The translations under genes and the position numbers were made by a program. Shown one piece after another: positions 39,026 through 64,000 of a DNA stretch of 64,000 nt; the first letter of the stretch is position 1; each line of letters begins with the position of its first letter. Under the pieces are notes generated by a model. That model worked only from the letters and a program-made list of their open reading frames with translations, searched no databases and was not told the DNA's origin. Origin of the DNA: the human T2T-CHM13v2.0 reference genome, Homo sapiens; the NCBI RefSeq assembly GCF_009914755.1, contig NC_060944.1, one strand, 5' to 3'.

Positions 39026-39068
39026 GACAAATACTTCCCAGGCTCTTTCATTAACTGGCTGCTTGAAA
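39026..39068 (+). pseudogene. BPIF-like gene: 43-nt exon (phase 0-1)
   Basis: ttttttccccag|GACAAA...GAAA|gtaagt; DKYFPGSFINWLLE; in phase with the preceding exon. Confidence 0.6.
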
Positions 39069-39249
39069 GTAAGTTTTGTTTTCTCATATCCACCCCACTG
39101 TCTCCCAGTCCTGCCTCCCTCTTCAGGGCAGGACAGTCCTTCCTCAAACATTGGTGTAAAACCGTAGGACCTCAGAGCACCTACCTGACACAGAATTTGT
39201 GCCCTGATCAATAGCACCAAAGCAGGGTTTCTGAATAGTCAATTTCATG

Positions 39250-39820
39250 GTGACCAGTGTTGCAGTGTGGTTCCTGAGATAGCCCACTCCACTATGATTA
39301 CTGTTACAATGCATTCTAGGGCCATCCTATTCCGTAGTGATTCTTGTTATTGAGGGATCTCTGGAGTGTCCATCCCATAGTGGCCAGTGTTAGGTTCGTG
39401 GGATAGCCCACTCTACAGTGATCAGTGTTAGGGTGGGTCTCCTGAACTGACCTACTGCGCAGTGAAGGGTTTTATCATGAGCTTCCTGTGATCACGCACT
39501 CCAGGATGACTAGTCTTCTGGTGAAATTGCTGAAATTTCCCATTCCATAATGATCAGTGCTGTGGGATTCCTGGGATAGCCTGCCCCACAGGGAAGACTA
39601 TTATAGTGAAATTCCTAAAATATTTCACTACTGTGGTCTGTTATTGAAATAACTGACTCCGTAAAGAAGGCATTACCATCGGACTCAGGACTAGCCCCTT
39701 CCCTTGGTGTTAAAGTGAAACGTTATGGTTATTACGGTTTTGGTGTTATAGCTACGTTCCTGGGCTATGCCACTTTTTGGTGAAGAATGCAGGGCTGGAA
39801 TTCCTGGGATAGCCCACTGC
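39250..39820. repeat. Old degenerate ~44-bp minisatellite
   Basis: Recurring units like gtgatcagtgtt...ttcctgggatagcccactc. Confidence 0.7.
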
Positions 39821-40935
39821 TCTATTGTGAGAAGCTTTCCAGAACTGATTTCTGAGTCTGGAGGAATTTTTAAAAAATCACTGTGCTTTCATTACATTTC
39901 CCAAATCTCCTATGCTTACTGCTGAGGCAAGAGCGGAGGGAGGTAGGCAAAGAAGGAGAGTTGTCCTGGACCAAACTTCTGGACTAACTGCCGTTATAGG
40001 GTGCCTTGTGCCACTTCTCAGTTTCTCACCGAGGCTGGGCACCAGGCAGGAGGCAGGAGAAAAGATGGGACACTCCTCTCCCCCAAGCAGGCGGGGAAGC
40101 CTATTGTTCCCCTGGGGAGACAGGGAAGCTTTTAAGCCCTCTTGCTGTTTCTCTGGGACTTCTCCAACATTATGGTGAAAGCCAGAAAAGGTGAGCAGAA
40201 ACAGCCCTAAGCCAGGCATCCTGAGACCTAGGTTTTAAGACCCAGTTCAGACACTAACTCTCTGGGAGAACTTATGCCAGCCCCACCCTCTCTCTGGGCC
40301 TCTCTCCTCTCATCTGTAAAGTGTGCCGAGTCTCCAAAGGCCTTTCTTTCAATAAGAATGTTGGGAAGGTGGAAAGCAGGGCAAAACCTTGGCCGCAACA
40401 AGTCTTTCTCATGGTGGCGTCTTCTAATGTCTTCTGTGCTGTCGGTTGCAGTGACCCCTCAGTCTTCCTATTTCTAGGATGAGCATGGGACCCCGCCAAG
40501 ACTATGGTAAGGATGTTCAAACGCTGGAGCATCACTGTGGGACTCCCCTCTAAGTGGCTGTGACCTTGATCTACCCACCAATGATTTCCCGCAGCCAAAC
40601 CACAAATAGTTCCTTCATTAGAGCTTATGTTTGGATATGCCCAAAGCTGATAAGCTGGGAAATTTCCCAAGGGAAGGTAATTCAGCATGGAGCTGATGGA
40701 GGTAGAAGAGCCTCTAAGAAGCAGACTAAAGGAATGGTGCCTGACAGGGGAAGGGAAGTGAATGCCCCTTCCACTTCAGACAGATGGTCGGATTTATAGC
40801 TTAGGATTTGAGTATTCTTGAGGACCATCTGAAGCTGATGAGATGTTCCATCCAGCAGGTCAATGGCCTTGCAGTAAGATGTATGAAGCCAGGTTACAAG
40901 CCTGACTTTAAGTCTGTTAGAACTAAAGGAAGTAG

Positions 40936-41240
40936 AGGCCAGGCATAGTGGCTCCTGCCTATAATCACAGCACTCCAGGAGCCTGAGGCAGGAGGATCGC
41001 TTGAGCCCAAGAGTTTGAGGCCAGCCTGGGCAACATGGTGACATCCTATCTCTACAGAAAATACAAAAATTAGCTGGGTGTGGTGGTGTGTGCCTGAAGT
41101 CCCAGCTACTTGGGAGGCTGAGGTGGGAGGATGGCCTGAGCCTGGGGAGGTCAAGGCTGCAGTGAGCCATGATTGCACCACTGCACTGCAGCTTGGGTGA
41201 CAAAGCAAGACCCTGTCTCAAAAAAAAAAAAAAAAAAAAA
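40936..41240 (+). mobile_element. Alu (AluJ-like)
   Basis: Alu consensus match. Confidence 0.9.
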
Positions 41241-44200
41241 GACCTGAAGGAAATTGGTGCTAAATGTAAAGTTACCTGGAACCCTTGGACTGTCTGCATT
41301 TCCAATTAACCACATCTCTGCACTCTGCTTTCCTCTCCTGCATAAGCAAGGTGCTCCCAAGCCACTTTCTCAATGAGTAAGGTTCACTTTAGGATCTGCC
41401 AAGGGAAATAAAGTAAAGAATGCCAAGATTATATACATTTAGAATTCCAGAAGGTCAGAATCTTGGCCTTAGAGATCCTGGGAACTCCAAGACCTTGGCA
41501 ATGGGTGGGAATGAGCAGAGGTGCTGGACCTGCTGGGTCCACAGGATTGAAGCCCTGCATCCTTTAATTGCATGAAACTCTCATGATGCAGTAGTGTGTT
41601 GGGAACTGGGTGGCCCCTGTCATGGCTTTTTGGTGTGGCAGTGAAAGGGACAGGCTTTAGGGTCAGGTAGACCTAAGTTCAAATTCCACCCTTCCAATGA
41701 CTCGGAATCTCAGGTTCCTCTTCCACAAAATGAGAGTGAGAATGGCACCTATTTTATAGGAAAATTGTGAGAAAATGCATGAAGAAAGCCTATGCTCAGA
41801 GCCTGGGTGACAGCGTGAGATGCTGTCTCAAAAACAGAAAAGAAAAAGAAAAAGAATGAAAGGAAATGAGCGCTAAATGTAAAGTTACCTGGAACCATTG
41901 CATTTCCAGTTAACCACATCTCTGCACTCTACCTTTCCTCCAGAGAACCAGAGGGTGGTAAAGCAGCTCTACCTCAAACACCCCAATCCCTGTGGTACTA
42001 ATGGGGGAAACAGACCAGAAGGGCATGGAAGACTCAGCGAAGACACTGTAGGGTGCCCCCTGCCTGAGGCTCCGGTCACCTCTCCCCTCCTGCAGCTCCT
42101 GCCTGCTGTCAAGAGGACCTGGGTGTGAAGCCCAGCTCTGCATCCTTCCAGCTGTGCAGAAGTGGGCCAGGCACCTCACCTCACTGGGCCTCAGTTTCCT
42201 TGACTGTTAAACAAATATGACCACTGGCAGATTGTCTAAACACCACCAGGCAGAGGGGACAGGCAGCTTGAGCTAAGGTGTGGAGTGGGGAACCGCAAGG
42301 GGCTGTGAGAACCCACAATCACACTCTCTGCCTCTCCCTGTTCCCCGTAGACAAGCACAGTGACAGAAGCTGGACACTGCCTGTCCTTCCACGTCTCTCC
42401 CGCTGCTGGCCACACACAGGGAGCAGCAGGTATGGCCTGGGCACCGGCAGGGCTCCCAGGCGGAGGGATTGGGGTGAGAGCAGGCACAGTTCTCAGATTT
42501 TGCCACAAGGTAGAGTTGTGACCCTGCTACTCCATGTTTCTCATACCTGTTAGAATTTAAGGATATTTGCATAATGCAGCATTTTATTTTTATTTTTATT
42601 TTTTATGCCAGGCACTGTGCTGGGCATTTGGCTTTCAGGATCGCATGTGATTTTCATAGCCACCTCTCAAGGTCAGCAGTATCATTATCTCTATTTTAGA
42701 GATGAGGAGACTGAGGTTCAAAGTGGTGATGGGACTGCATGGATGGACTGGGGAGTCTGACTGGGGAGTCAGAATTCGGCTCAAATCCCAGCTCTTCAGC
42801 CTATCAGGACACATAACCTCTCGTGCCTCAGGCTCCAAAGGGGAAAAATGGGGCCAATGATAGCAATAATATTTTGAATAGACCTTAGCTCTTTGTGGAT
42901 TGTTTATCCTATGCCCAGCCATGGATCATTTCATTCCGCCCTTTACCCCCCTTAAGAGGCAGCTGTTGATACATATTCATTCTGCAGATGAGGAAACTGA
43001 GGCCCAGTGAGGTTAGCTGCTGCCTGGCCCACTTCTACACAGCTGGAAGGAGGCAGAGCTGGGCTTCACACCTAGATCCTCTGGCAGCGAGCAGGAGCTG
43101 CAGGAGGTGGTGGGTGTCTGGGGCCTGGAGCAGGGGGGACCCTACTGTGTCTTGGCTGAGTCTCCCATGCCCTCTGGCCTCAGTTTCACCACTGATACCA
43201 CAGGGATTGGGATGTTTGAAGTGGAGTGCCTTCACGGTCCCCTGGTTCTCTGGAGAAAAATGCAGTGCAACAGCCAAGAAGCCATATCCAGGAGGCTCCT
43301 GGAGTTGCGGGGGTGGACCCTGCAGCAAGAAGAGGGCCCTCAGCTCCTGGGTGTCTCCCCATGCCCCAGCCAAAGCCACCCAGAGCTCAGTCCACACTGG
43401 GCCTCCCTAGTGTCACTTGGGTGCATGGCTGATGACACATATGACCATGTTTGTTTTCTCAACCTTTTCGTCAGGACCGCCTTTGTGAACAACCTGAGGG
43501 CCCTGCAGGCTGCGGGGAGAGTCACGTGGAGCCTGAGGGTGGCACAAGGAAGGCAGAGAAGAAGCAAGTGGAGCTGGCCTTCAGGGTTCCTGAGTCTCCA
43601 CAGGCCCAGGGCACCTGTTCTTGGTCCAGCAATAAATGCTCAGATGGATGGCGAGGACTTGGGTCACCACAGGATCCACTATGGGAGGCTCCTGGGAAAT
43701 ATCACCATCACGACATTCATTCTTTCAGGCAGTAAGCATAGCCAGGTCCCATTTGATATGAATCTGACCTGCAAATCTGCAACAGTGTCCTGCAACATAT
43801 TAAGTTTTACATGGTGACCAGAAAGTTAAATAAAACATCCCCTCCCCCCACCTTTTCCATTGTTAAGAACACACACCTAACTTGCTCAAGTCCCTCCCTT
43901 CTCAGGAAGAATAAAGGTCCCTTCTGTAATTCCACACTCCCTCCACCAACCTCCTTCCCTCTCTCGTCCCTTCGCAGCCAAAGTTCCTTAGAGCTGTGCT
44001 TCTCCACCTTGAACACACAAATGAGCCACCTGGGCTCTTGTTAAGATGCAGGTTCTAGAGCAGTTGGTCTGAACTAGGGAGAGGCCAGCGGTCCATGGGC
44101 CACCCTTTGAGCAGCATGCTTATTTTGGATACATCCACCCCACCACCCATCTTGTTTCCACTGGTTGCCCCACCAAACTCGGCCTTACCAGGTCCTCCGT

Positions 44201-44971
44201 GATCACCAGGTAGAGGAAGTCAATGGATCATAGATGAGGTCAGCCTCATCTTGACCATAGCACACATACCACTTCCTCCTCCATGAATCCAGTTCTTCCC
44301 TTGGCCTTACTCCCCTGGCTCTCCTCCTCCTCCTCCTCTGACCATTCTACCTCTGCCTCTTTGCAGATGTAATATTTTCAAATCGGCCAACCAGTGGCTT
44401 CCTTCACCCTGGCCACTTTGGTTGGTTCATTGCTCCGCATGTAACCCCAGCAGGACCAATGGGAATCAGTCCTAGAACTTGTGAAGAGATATTAGGAAAG
44501 ACATACTTTCTTCTGCTAGACTATTAAGAGAGAATGTGGACCTGAATCTGTTGGTGGCCATCTCTGCCACCTCTTTGGGGAAGTCAGTTTGAGGAGAAAC
44601 CCCAAGCCAAGTCATGGAAAGAAACAAAGGCCTGGAGATTTCTTTTGAGCACCTAGATTCAGCCATGCCTGAAACCCGTTGGCCTGCTAGTTACATGAGC
44701 CAATGACTTTCTTTCACATCTAAGTCACTTTGGGTTGTGTTTTCAATTACAAATATAACCCAAAGAATCCTGACAAATGCAACTGACAAACATTTCAGTT
44801 TATTGGCAAGCCATGGTGGGAAACCAGAGATGAACCCCAGAGAGAACTTGGCCTCCTGGAGTTGACAATGGAGAAGAGACAGCTGTGGGTGTGTAGGCAA
44901 GGAAGACACCTGTTCAAAAATGACAAGGCAGAACGTGAGAAAAGGTCAGCTGGGTGGCTCAATGAAGGCTT

Positions 44972-45588
<617 letters not shown>

Positions 45589-46770
45589 TAATGCCTCCCC
45601 AGTCCCTACTAGCCAGGATTAGCACCGATTTTAGAGAGCAGAAGACACTGTCTCAGACAGCGGCCATGCCTTGCCTAACATCACACAGCTGGCCAGTGGC
45701 GGAATCTAGAATGAGGCTCTGCCCTCTTTCCCACCCTTAATCCTGCCGCTGGGCACAGCACTTCTGAGTTATCTTTACTGAGCACTTATGATGTGCCCGA
45801 CACTGGGCTAACTCTTTTCCAGGCTTAAGTCCCAGATCAGCTATGTCAGGCAGATGATCATGGTCACCATTTTGCAAATGAGGAAATGCAGGCCCAGAGA
45901 GGCAATGCCACCATTCCAGAGTCACACAGCTAGAAAGCAGCAGGGTTAGGACCCAAATTGAGGTCTGGCTGGTTACCCAAAGCCCCTGCAAGATAAATAT
46001 ACCCAGACTTAGCCACGTTTTGGAATCCTCCCATCATTTGTCTTCTACATGATCTGTCTCCACCTACCCCACAGTGTCATAGCACTTCCTCTTTCACTCC
46101 CAAAGTGCTAACTTCGACCCCATTCAGTGCTTAAAGGAAGGACCTTCACCAGGGCTGGGCACTGTGCCAGGGACAGCAGCTCCCCATTTGCTTGGGGCCA
46201 TCAATGCACAGAAAATTTGCAAGAACTGTACCTGCTTTGTGGAAAGTAATTGTCAGTGTGCGTGTTGGCCTCTGCCCCTGCTGGTGGGGTCTAAGGATGG
46301 ACACATGTGGGGGTGCTCTGTGGGGCCCAGAGCCCCACACAGGACAGGACCCAGGTGAGACGCTCTGTAAGTGTGTGACGAATGAATGAATGACAGGATG
46401 GGTGGGTGGAGGGAAGGAAGGACTCTTCTTGTGATTCTGGGTCTCATCTACATTCATCTATTCAGTCTGTGGATTAACTTGCTTTTCTCACTTTAATTAA
46501 TTGTGGTATTTATTGGGATCCACCAAAAGCCAGGCCCCAGGCTGGCTGCTGAGGACACACAGATGGCAGAATCATGATCCCCAACCTTAAGGAGCCCCAG
46601 TCCAGCGGAGGAGAAAGGGCTAACCCACAACCCTTCAACCAGTAAGCTTTTATGAAGGGATTTCTCTGACACAGGCTTGGGGCTGGGGGTGCTAGCGCAA
46701 TGGAGATGAATCGAAAGGACCCACACAGCCCAGGGAGGATTCCGACTGTTAGAATATAAATGGCAGTGCT

Positions 46771-47035
46771 GCCGGGCACGGTGGCTCATGCCTGTAATCC
46801 CAGCACTTTGGGAGGCTAAGGCAGGCGGATTACTTGAAGTCAGGAGTTTGAGACCAGCCTGGCCAAAAGGTAAAACCCCGTCTCTACTAAAAATACAAAA
46901 ATTAGCAGGGTGTGGTGGTGCATGCTTGTAATCCCAGCTACTCGGGCGGCTGAGGCAGGAGAATCACTTGAATCCGGGAGGTGGAGGTTGCGGTGAGCCG
47001 AGATGGACTTTGTTTAAAATATATATATATATATA
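46771..47035 (+). mobile_element. Alu with 3' internal deletion and (TA)n tail
   Basis: Alu consensus to 47003; flanking repeat tataaatggcagtgc. Confidence 0.85.
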
Positions 47036-47719
47036 TGTACAGTATAAATGGCAGTGCACTGTGAGTAGCTCAGAGCATGGACTCCGGAGCCAGGTTTTCT
47101 GAGTTCAAGCCCCAGCTCTGCCACTTACTAGGTGTGTGACCTTAGGCAGTACACATTACCTCTCTGTGCCTCAGTTTCCTTGTTTATAAAATGGGAATAA
47201 GACAGTCCCTGCCTCTGGTTGCTGGGAGGAGTAAATGGAGAGAATATGCCTTCTTGCCAGACATGGGCCGATCGAATCAGCTCACCTACTGCCCTGGAGT
47301 TGGCCTGTCTCTGGGACAAGGACTGAGCTTCAGACATCTTTGACCCCATCACAGGGCTTGGGGTGCCCACTAAAGGGTTGTCAAAAGCATGAGTGGCTCC
47401 AGCAGAAAATAATTTGCACTTGTAAAGTGAATGAACAATAAATAAATGGACAGATGACTAGATACAGGGCCAGGCCCACTTTAGCAGGGAGGATCTGGAA
47501 GATGAGAGAGGGCACAGAGAGATTGAGGGGCCAAATTCCAGGGAGTGAGGTGAGAACAGGGAGCGACCCAGAGAGCTCGCTCATGTCAAGAGGCCCACCC
47601 ACCTGGGGAAGACAGAAAGTCAATGCCCATGAGGGGAACCAGACCCTGTGCTGGGTACTGGGACCTCGGAGATGCTGTGGTCTTGCCCTCAGAGAGTGGG
47701 ACTGGCGAGACGTGGCTGA

Positions 47720-47781
47720 CCTCCCTCCCTCCCTTCTTCTCTTCCTTTTCTCCTCCCTTTCTTCTTCTCTCTCCACATCCC

Positions 47782-47812
<31 letters not shown>

Positions 47813-47940
47813 CCTTCCCTCTCTCCTTTCCTGCCTTTCTTCCCTCCCTCCTTCCCTCTCTTTCCTTCTTTCCCTCCCTCTCTCTTTCCTTCCTCTCTCT
47901 TTTTTCCTCCTTCTCTCTCTCTCTTTTTCCTTTCTTTCCT
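47720..47940 (+). repeat. CT-rich simple repeat
   Basis: Direct inspection. Confidence 0.9.
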
Positions 47941-49244
47941 GCCACAAACATCATTTGACTCCTGCTGTAGACCAGACCCTGTGCCAGCTCTGGGGGAACG
48001 AAGGTGAACGAAGACAAGGTGCCCAGACTTCAAAGGACCCAGGGGAGGACCCTGACCCGGTGAAAACTCCTTTAAATTTTCTCTGGGAGTGTTGGATGAA
48101 GCATTCAGGGAACATTCCATGGGACAGGAGGAAGAAGACTCCAGCCTGCAGTGGGGCAAGGCCCCCTCCATCTGTCAGTCCATAGGAAGTGGCTCTCCAT
48201 ATTCTAAAGGCAGGACTTGAGAGGGGTCTATTAGTGTCCAGATGTGGAATCCGGGACTTAGGGAAATACTTGAGCGCTGAAAGAATAAACTGTGTCACCA
48301 GAAGAAAACCCGGCAAAGTCAAAATTACCAAAAGTTGAATTAAAGGTCTTCAGACTGTAACATTGTGACAACTTTATTAATTGCTCTATTTAGCAGTCAC
48401 AGGAAGGACAGTAACGTGTGAACAGGTTTTGTTGCTTTGATCTTTCTTATTTGCCCAGAATTCCTGAGTAGGCAGTTCAAGTGTGAGAAACCAGGACCTA
48501 CTAGAAATTGGATGGATGATTCGTACTTGACTGATTTCACAGGCAAAATGGTGACAAGCCTTTCAGCAATTTTACTAGCAAAATAAGGCAATTATCTTTG
48601 ATGGGTGCAATGGGAGTGCACACCTGTGTGTTTGTTATCTGGAGAAGGGGTGGGGGCTGCTTCTGTCCACAGGAGAAGGAAGGTCAGTGGGCAGTCTGGT
48701 CAGCTGAGCACCCCCCAGCCTGGCTGGCCCCTCATGCAACCCCAGCCCTGTCACTCGCTTTCTCTGGTCTCAGTAGGCTGCATGACCTCTTAGGCTGTTT
48801 CTAGCCAGGGCACTGAGCCAGGTATGGAAAAAGATACCAGCTTGGAGGTTAAGGCTGGGCCAGTGGGATCAGGAAGCTGCCCCAGCTGGGGATTAGCAGT
48901 CACGCAGCAGGTAGGATGTCCTAGTCTTGGCACAGCTAATCTTTAATGCCTCACTGGGAATTTTCAATAAGAAATTCATCTCGCGACCCTCATGGCTGGG
49001 GCCTTTGTCCCTAAGAGGCAAACATCTTCTATGTGAGAAGACTTTGTGTAACCTGGAGAGGGAAGAAGAGGAGGAGGAGGAGCACACAGGAGGAGTTGTC
49101 ACTGTTTCTTTTTCCGGAATGACTCAGACCAGCCAGCCTGAACCTCGGGTGACCTCTGAGGATCCCAACCTCCCCACCCACCAAGGACCCTATATTATAT
49201 ATTATATAATATTAATCTTATGACAGATGCTCCTCATTTTATTT

Positions 49245-49588
<344 letters not shown>

Positions 49589-51362
49589 TAGTAAAGTTGA
49601 AATATTGAAGTCAAACCATCGTAAGCCGGGACCATATGCGCACATATTCATCAGCATCTTCTTCGCCATCTTTGCTGTTGCCGTGCATCATGGGCCTACC
49701 CTATGCTAAGCCTTCATGGGTATTACACTAATTTGACCTCACAGCATGCCCTTGAGGTGAGCACTGTTCTTAGTCCCATTTCACAGATAAAGAGCCTGAG
49801 GCTCAGCAAGGTGCGGTCTCTGGCCCAGGTCACATGGCCAGCAACCAGCAGAGAGAGAGTATTCATGCCCAGGACAGCCCAAGCCCAGTGCCAGGCTCTG
49901 AGCACTGCCCTCAAAGCCCCTCACCATCGTTTTGATTTCCTAGGTCCTTGCCTGTCCACCATGCCTCTGAGATCCAGGAACAGCGTGTTTACCCATTTTA
50001 CAGATGAGGCAACTGAGGCCTGGGCCAACACCAGGTCTCGAGGTCACTGCATCATGCTCAGCACCCTGGGCTATGTTCCTGGGCTGGGACAAACTGCCTT
50101 CACAAGATTTCAGCACAGCCCTTGGCTCTGTGCTTCACAACTGGGGGAAGAGCGGGGCTCAGACGTTTGGAGAACCCGGTGTCAGGCAGCCAGGGAAGGA
50201 GGTGTGACAACCATTCAAGACCACAGGCAAGACTGCAGCAGGGGTCTAATGGTCTGGGCTCTTGGGGCCTGGCCATCACCTTCCTGCAGCCGCCCAGCTC
50301 TGTGCTGTAACAGTGGAGCCATGGTCAGTGTAGGAACAGCCAGCTCCTGGAGCCACTGGTCTTGTCCCACCGTTTGCTTGGTTGCATCATTTTGAGGACA
50401 GGCCCCCCAGGTCCTTGCTGAATTGCAGGTGGGTGAGCAGAAGGGCAGAGACCTATGGTGACCCTGAGCTCTGTGCCAGTCCTTCCCAGCCTGAGGCCAA
50501 GTGGGCACCCACCCGAGTTTCCTGTGCTGTTCCGGGTTGACACAGGCCCAATGCAGCAGGCGTTACAACCAACCCAAACATCAGTGGCCGAAGCAAAAAC
50601 AGGATACTCAGGCCCAGGGACTCTCCCTCTCTGCTAACTGACCTCAGCCTGATATGGGTGGAAGGGTCTTCCCTGGTGGCCCAAATGCCTGGTTCCTGTC
50701 CTTGCAAGTATGGACAAGCCACCTCCCTCTCTGAACTTCAGCTTTCTCAACTGGAAAATGGAGCTCTGAAAACCTGCCTTACAGAGTTTTCATAAAGACT
50801 AACAGAAAAGTGCATCTAAAGTGCCCTTTAGGGACACCAAGCCCAGTGTCAGCACAAGCAGCTGCCAGGCATCTGCTGCACCTGCCGGGTGCAGACCCCT
50901 GGGGGCAGGACGCTGTGCACTGGGAGGCTGTCTGACTCCTTGTGGGCCACAATTCTAGACCCATCTCGGTCCCTGTCTTGCTGAATGACCCCAGGCTGGT
51001 GGCTTCCCCTCTCTGAGCCTCAGTTTCCAAATGATGACGGAGTTAGACCGGATGGTCATTATGGGTCCTCCTGCCAGGACATTCTCCAATTCATTCATTC
51101 TCAGTCTTCTCCCAGTCCTCACCCACAAGGACCAAGGACCACCCCCTCGGTAGCTGCAGGCTCCATGAGGACCTGGTCTTAGTCTTGGCGGAAAGCCCTC
51201 TCCATAGCCATCCGTTTCAATTCAAGCATCCTGGGTGACCTTTGAGTTGGAAATCTCTCTCTCTGCTCATCCTGGAGAGGGGTTATTTTCCTTGGAGTGT
51301 CCTTGGATGATCCCAGAACCAAGGCTTGCTTCTGTGGGCAGCCTTCCATCCCATCTCCACCA

Positions 51363-51441
51363 TATAATAGCCGCCATTCAGCAGAATCCCAGCAGACTGT
51401 GCAGTGGGGCAAGGATTTCATGAGCATCCTCCTCTAAACGC
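51363..51441 (+). promoter_or_regulatory. BPIFA2: BPIFA2 proximal TATA-like box and non-coding exon 1 (~51392-51441)
   Basis: cTATAATag-type element at 51363-51368, ~30 nt before a short exon ending AAACGC|gtgagt (donor 51442). BPIF genes typically have a short non-coding first exon. Confidence 0.8.
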
Positions 51442-52377
51442 GTGAGTGGCGTGCTCCCCCCAGTGGCACCACACGTGGTGGTCTTTGGAAGGCTTTGGGG
51501 GCAAGAGGCAGAGGGGTGGGATTGCTTGGGTTAGCTAATATTTTGAATACAGCAGAGATAATCAATATATCTCTAAATGTGCTCTAAATGGCAAGTTCGT
51601 GATGAGTACTCACTAAAGATTCCATTTCCCTCTGGGCAATTCTTACTCCTGTTCTTCCCATGACTGTCCAGGTGTCAAGACAAATGGCAAATCAGAGTAA
51701 ATTTAGAGATCTATAGATTATATTAAAATAAGTGTCAAACTAATGAACAATGCAGGGTCATGAGGTGGTCTCCATTGATTTGTTCATACTTATATTCAAC
51801 AAAGATTTATTCGTTTACTGTACTGTACTAGGTGCAGGCTTTTTACTGGCGCCTGAGGATTCGACAGTGAAATAAGTCACAGTCCTTCCTCTAAGGAGTT
51901 CACAGCCTGGTAGGAAAGGTGGTCAAATCATCAGGGAAGTGTTATCCAAGACCTTGATCAGGATAATGAAGGCAGCAAGGTGGGACTCCTCCAACCTAGA
52001 ATCTGGGAAGGGGCCTACAGTAGGCTTCACAGAGGGCATGATGTAGGAATTGACCTAAGTGGAAAAGTAAAGAAGAAGAAAAATATTTTAGGCAGAGAAG
52101 ACAGCGTATGAAAAGGAACTTTGTGTCAAGAGTATGGGCTTGGAGTCAAGTCTGACTTTTCAAATCCCAGCTCCTCTGCTCACTGACTGTGTGTCTCCGG
52201 GCAAGTTGCTGTAGCTTTCTGACCTTGGCTGCCCATTTGTAAAATAGGAAATAACCACATCTATCTTAATGGAATGCTAAATGTTAAGAGTGATGGGAAC
52301 TCACTGAAGAGTCCATTTCCCTCTGGGCAATTCTCACTCCTGTTCTTCCCATGACTGTCCAGGTGTCAAGACAAAAG

Positions 52378-63792
<11,415 letters not shown>

Positions 63793-64000
63793 AGAGGACG
63801 AATGAGGAGGACCACTGTGGTGCATGCTGGTGAGGAGCCAGTCTCTGTGCCCCAATGCACAGGGGCCTATGGTGAAGTAAAAGTCAAGCGTGGCTTCCCT
63901 TATTTTTGTGTTAGAAGACTGTGCCTTCATCTCAGTCATAGATTGAGCCCTGGCCCCCATCCCAGGCTAGGCCCTGATTCTGGTCACACTCTGAACACTG

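Noticed and set aside
39127-39214. Acceptor cttcag|GG as the next exon after 39068
   Set aside because: Intron would be only ~58 nt, too short for a typical human intron
49703-50395. 230-aa ORF upstream of BPIFA2
   Set aside because: Built largely from MIR-like fragments; no splice or homology support

Overview
Primate (almost certainly human) genomic DNA from the BPIF/PLUNC cluster (human 20q11.21). The right third holds BPIFA2 (SPLUNC2/parotid secretory protein) on the + strand: a TATA promoter, non-coding exon 1 and coding exons 2-8, giving 750 nt = 249 aa + stop. The most interesting signal is upstream. At ~19.5-39.1 kb (+) I can assemble, exon by exon with canonical GT-AG sites and matching phases, a second, disabled BPI-fold gene. 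It has a signal-peptide exon, a giant 2.8-kb exon encoding GLLG repeats plus a hornerin/filaggrin-2-like G/S/Q repeat, and six small BPI-type exons (108, 141, 64, 61, 92, 43 nt) that are still open and keep both cysteines. All five recognisable lesions lie in the giant exon; the repaired protein would be ~1,140 aa. It may be the human remnant of the gene called Bpifa6 in rodents (synteny guess, needs checking). The rest is typical repeat-rich DNA (full THE1 element, L1s, >20 Alus, MLT/MER fragments, purine simple repeats). It also shows several short locally templated duplications/insertions and two old degenerate minisatellites. Most ORFs in the supplied track are spurious (Alu/L1/simple-repeat derived).
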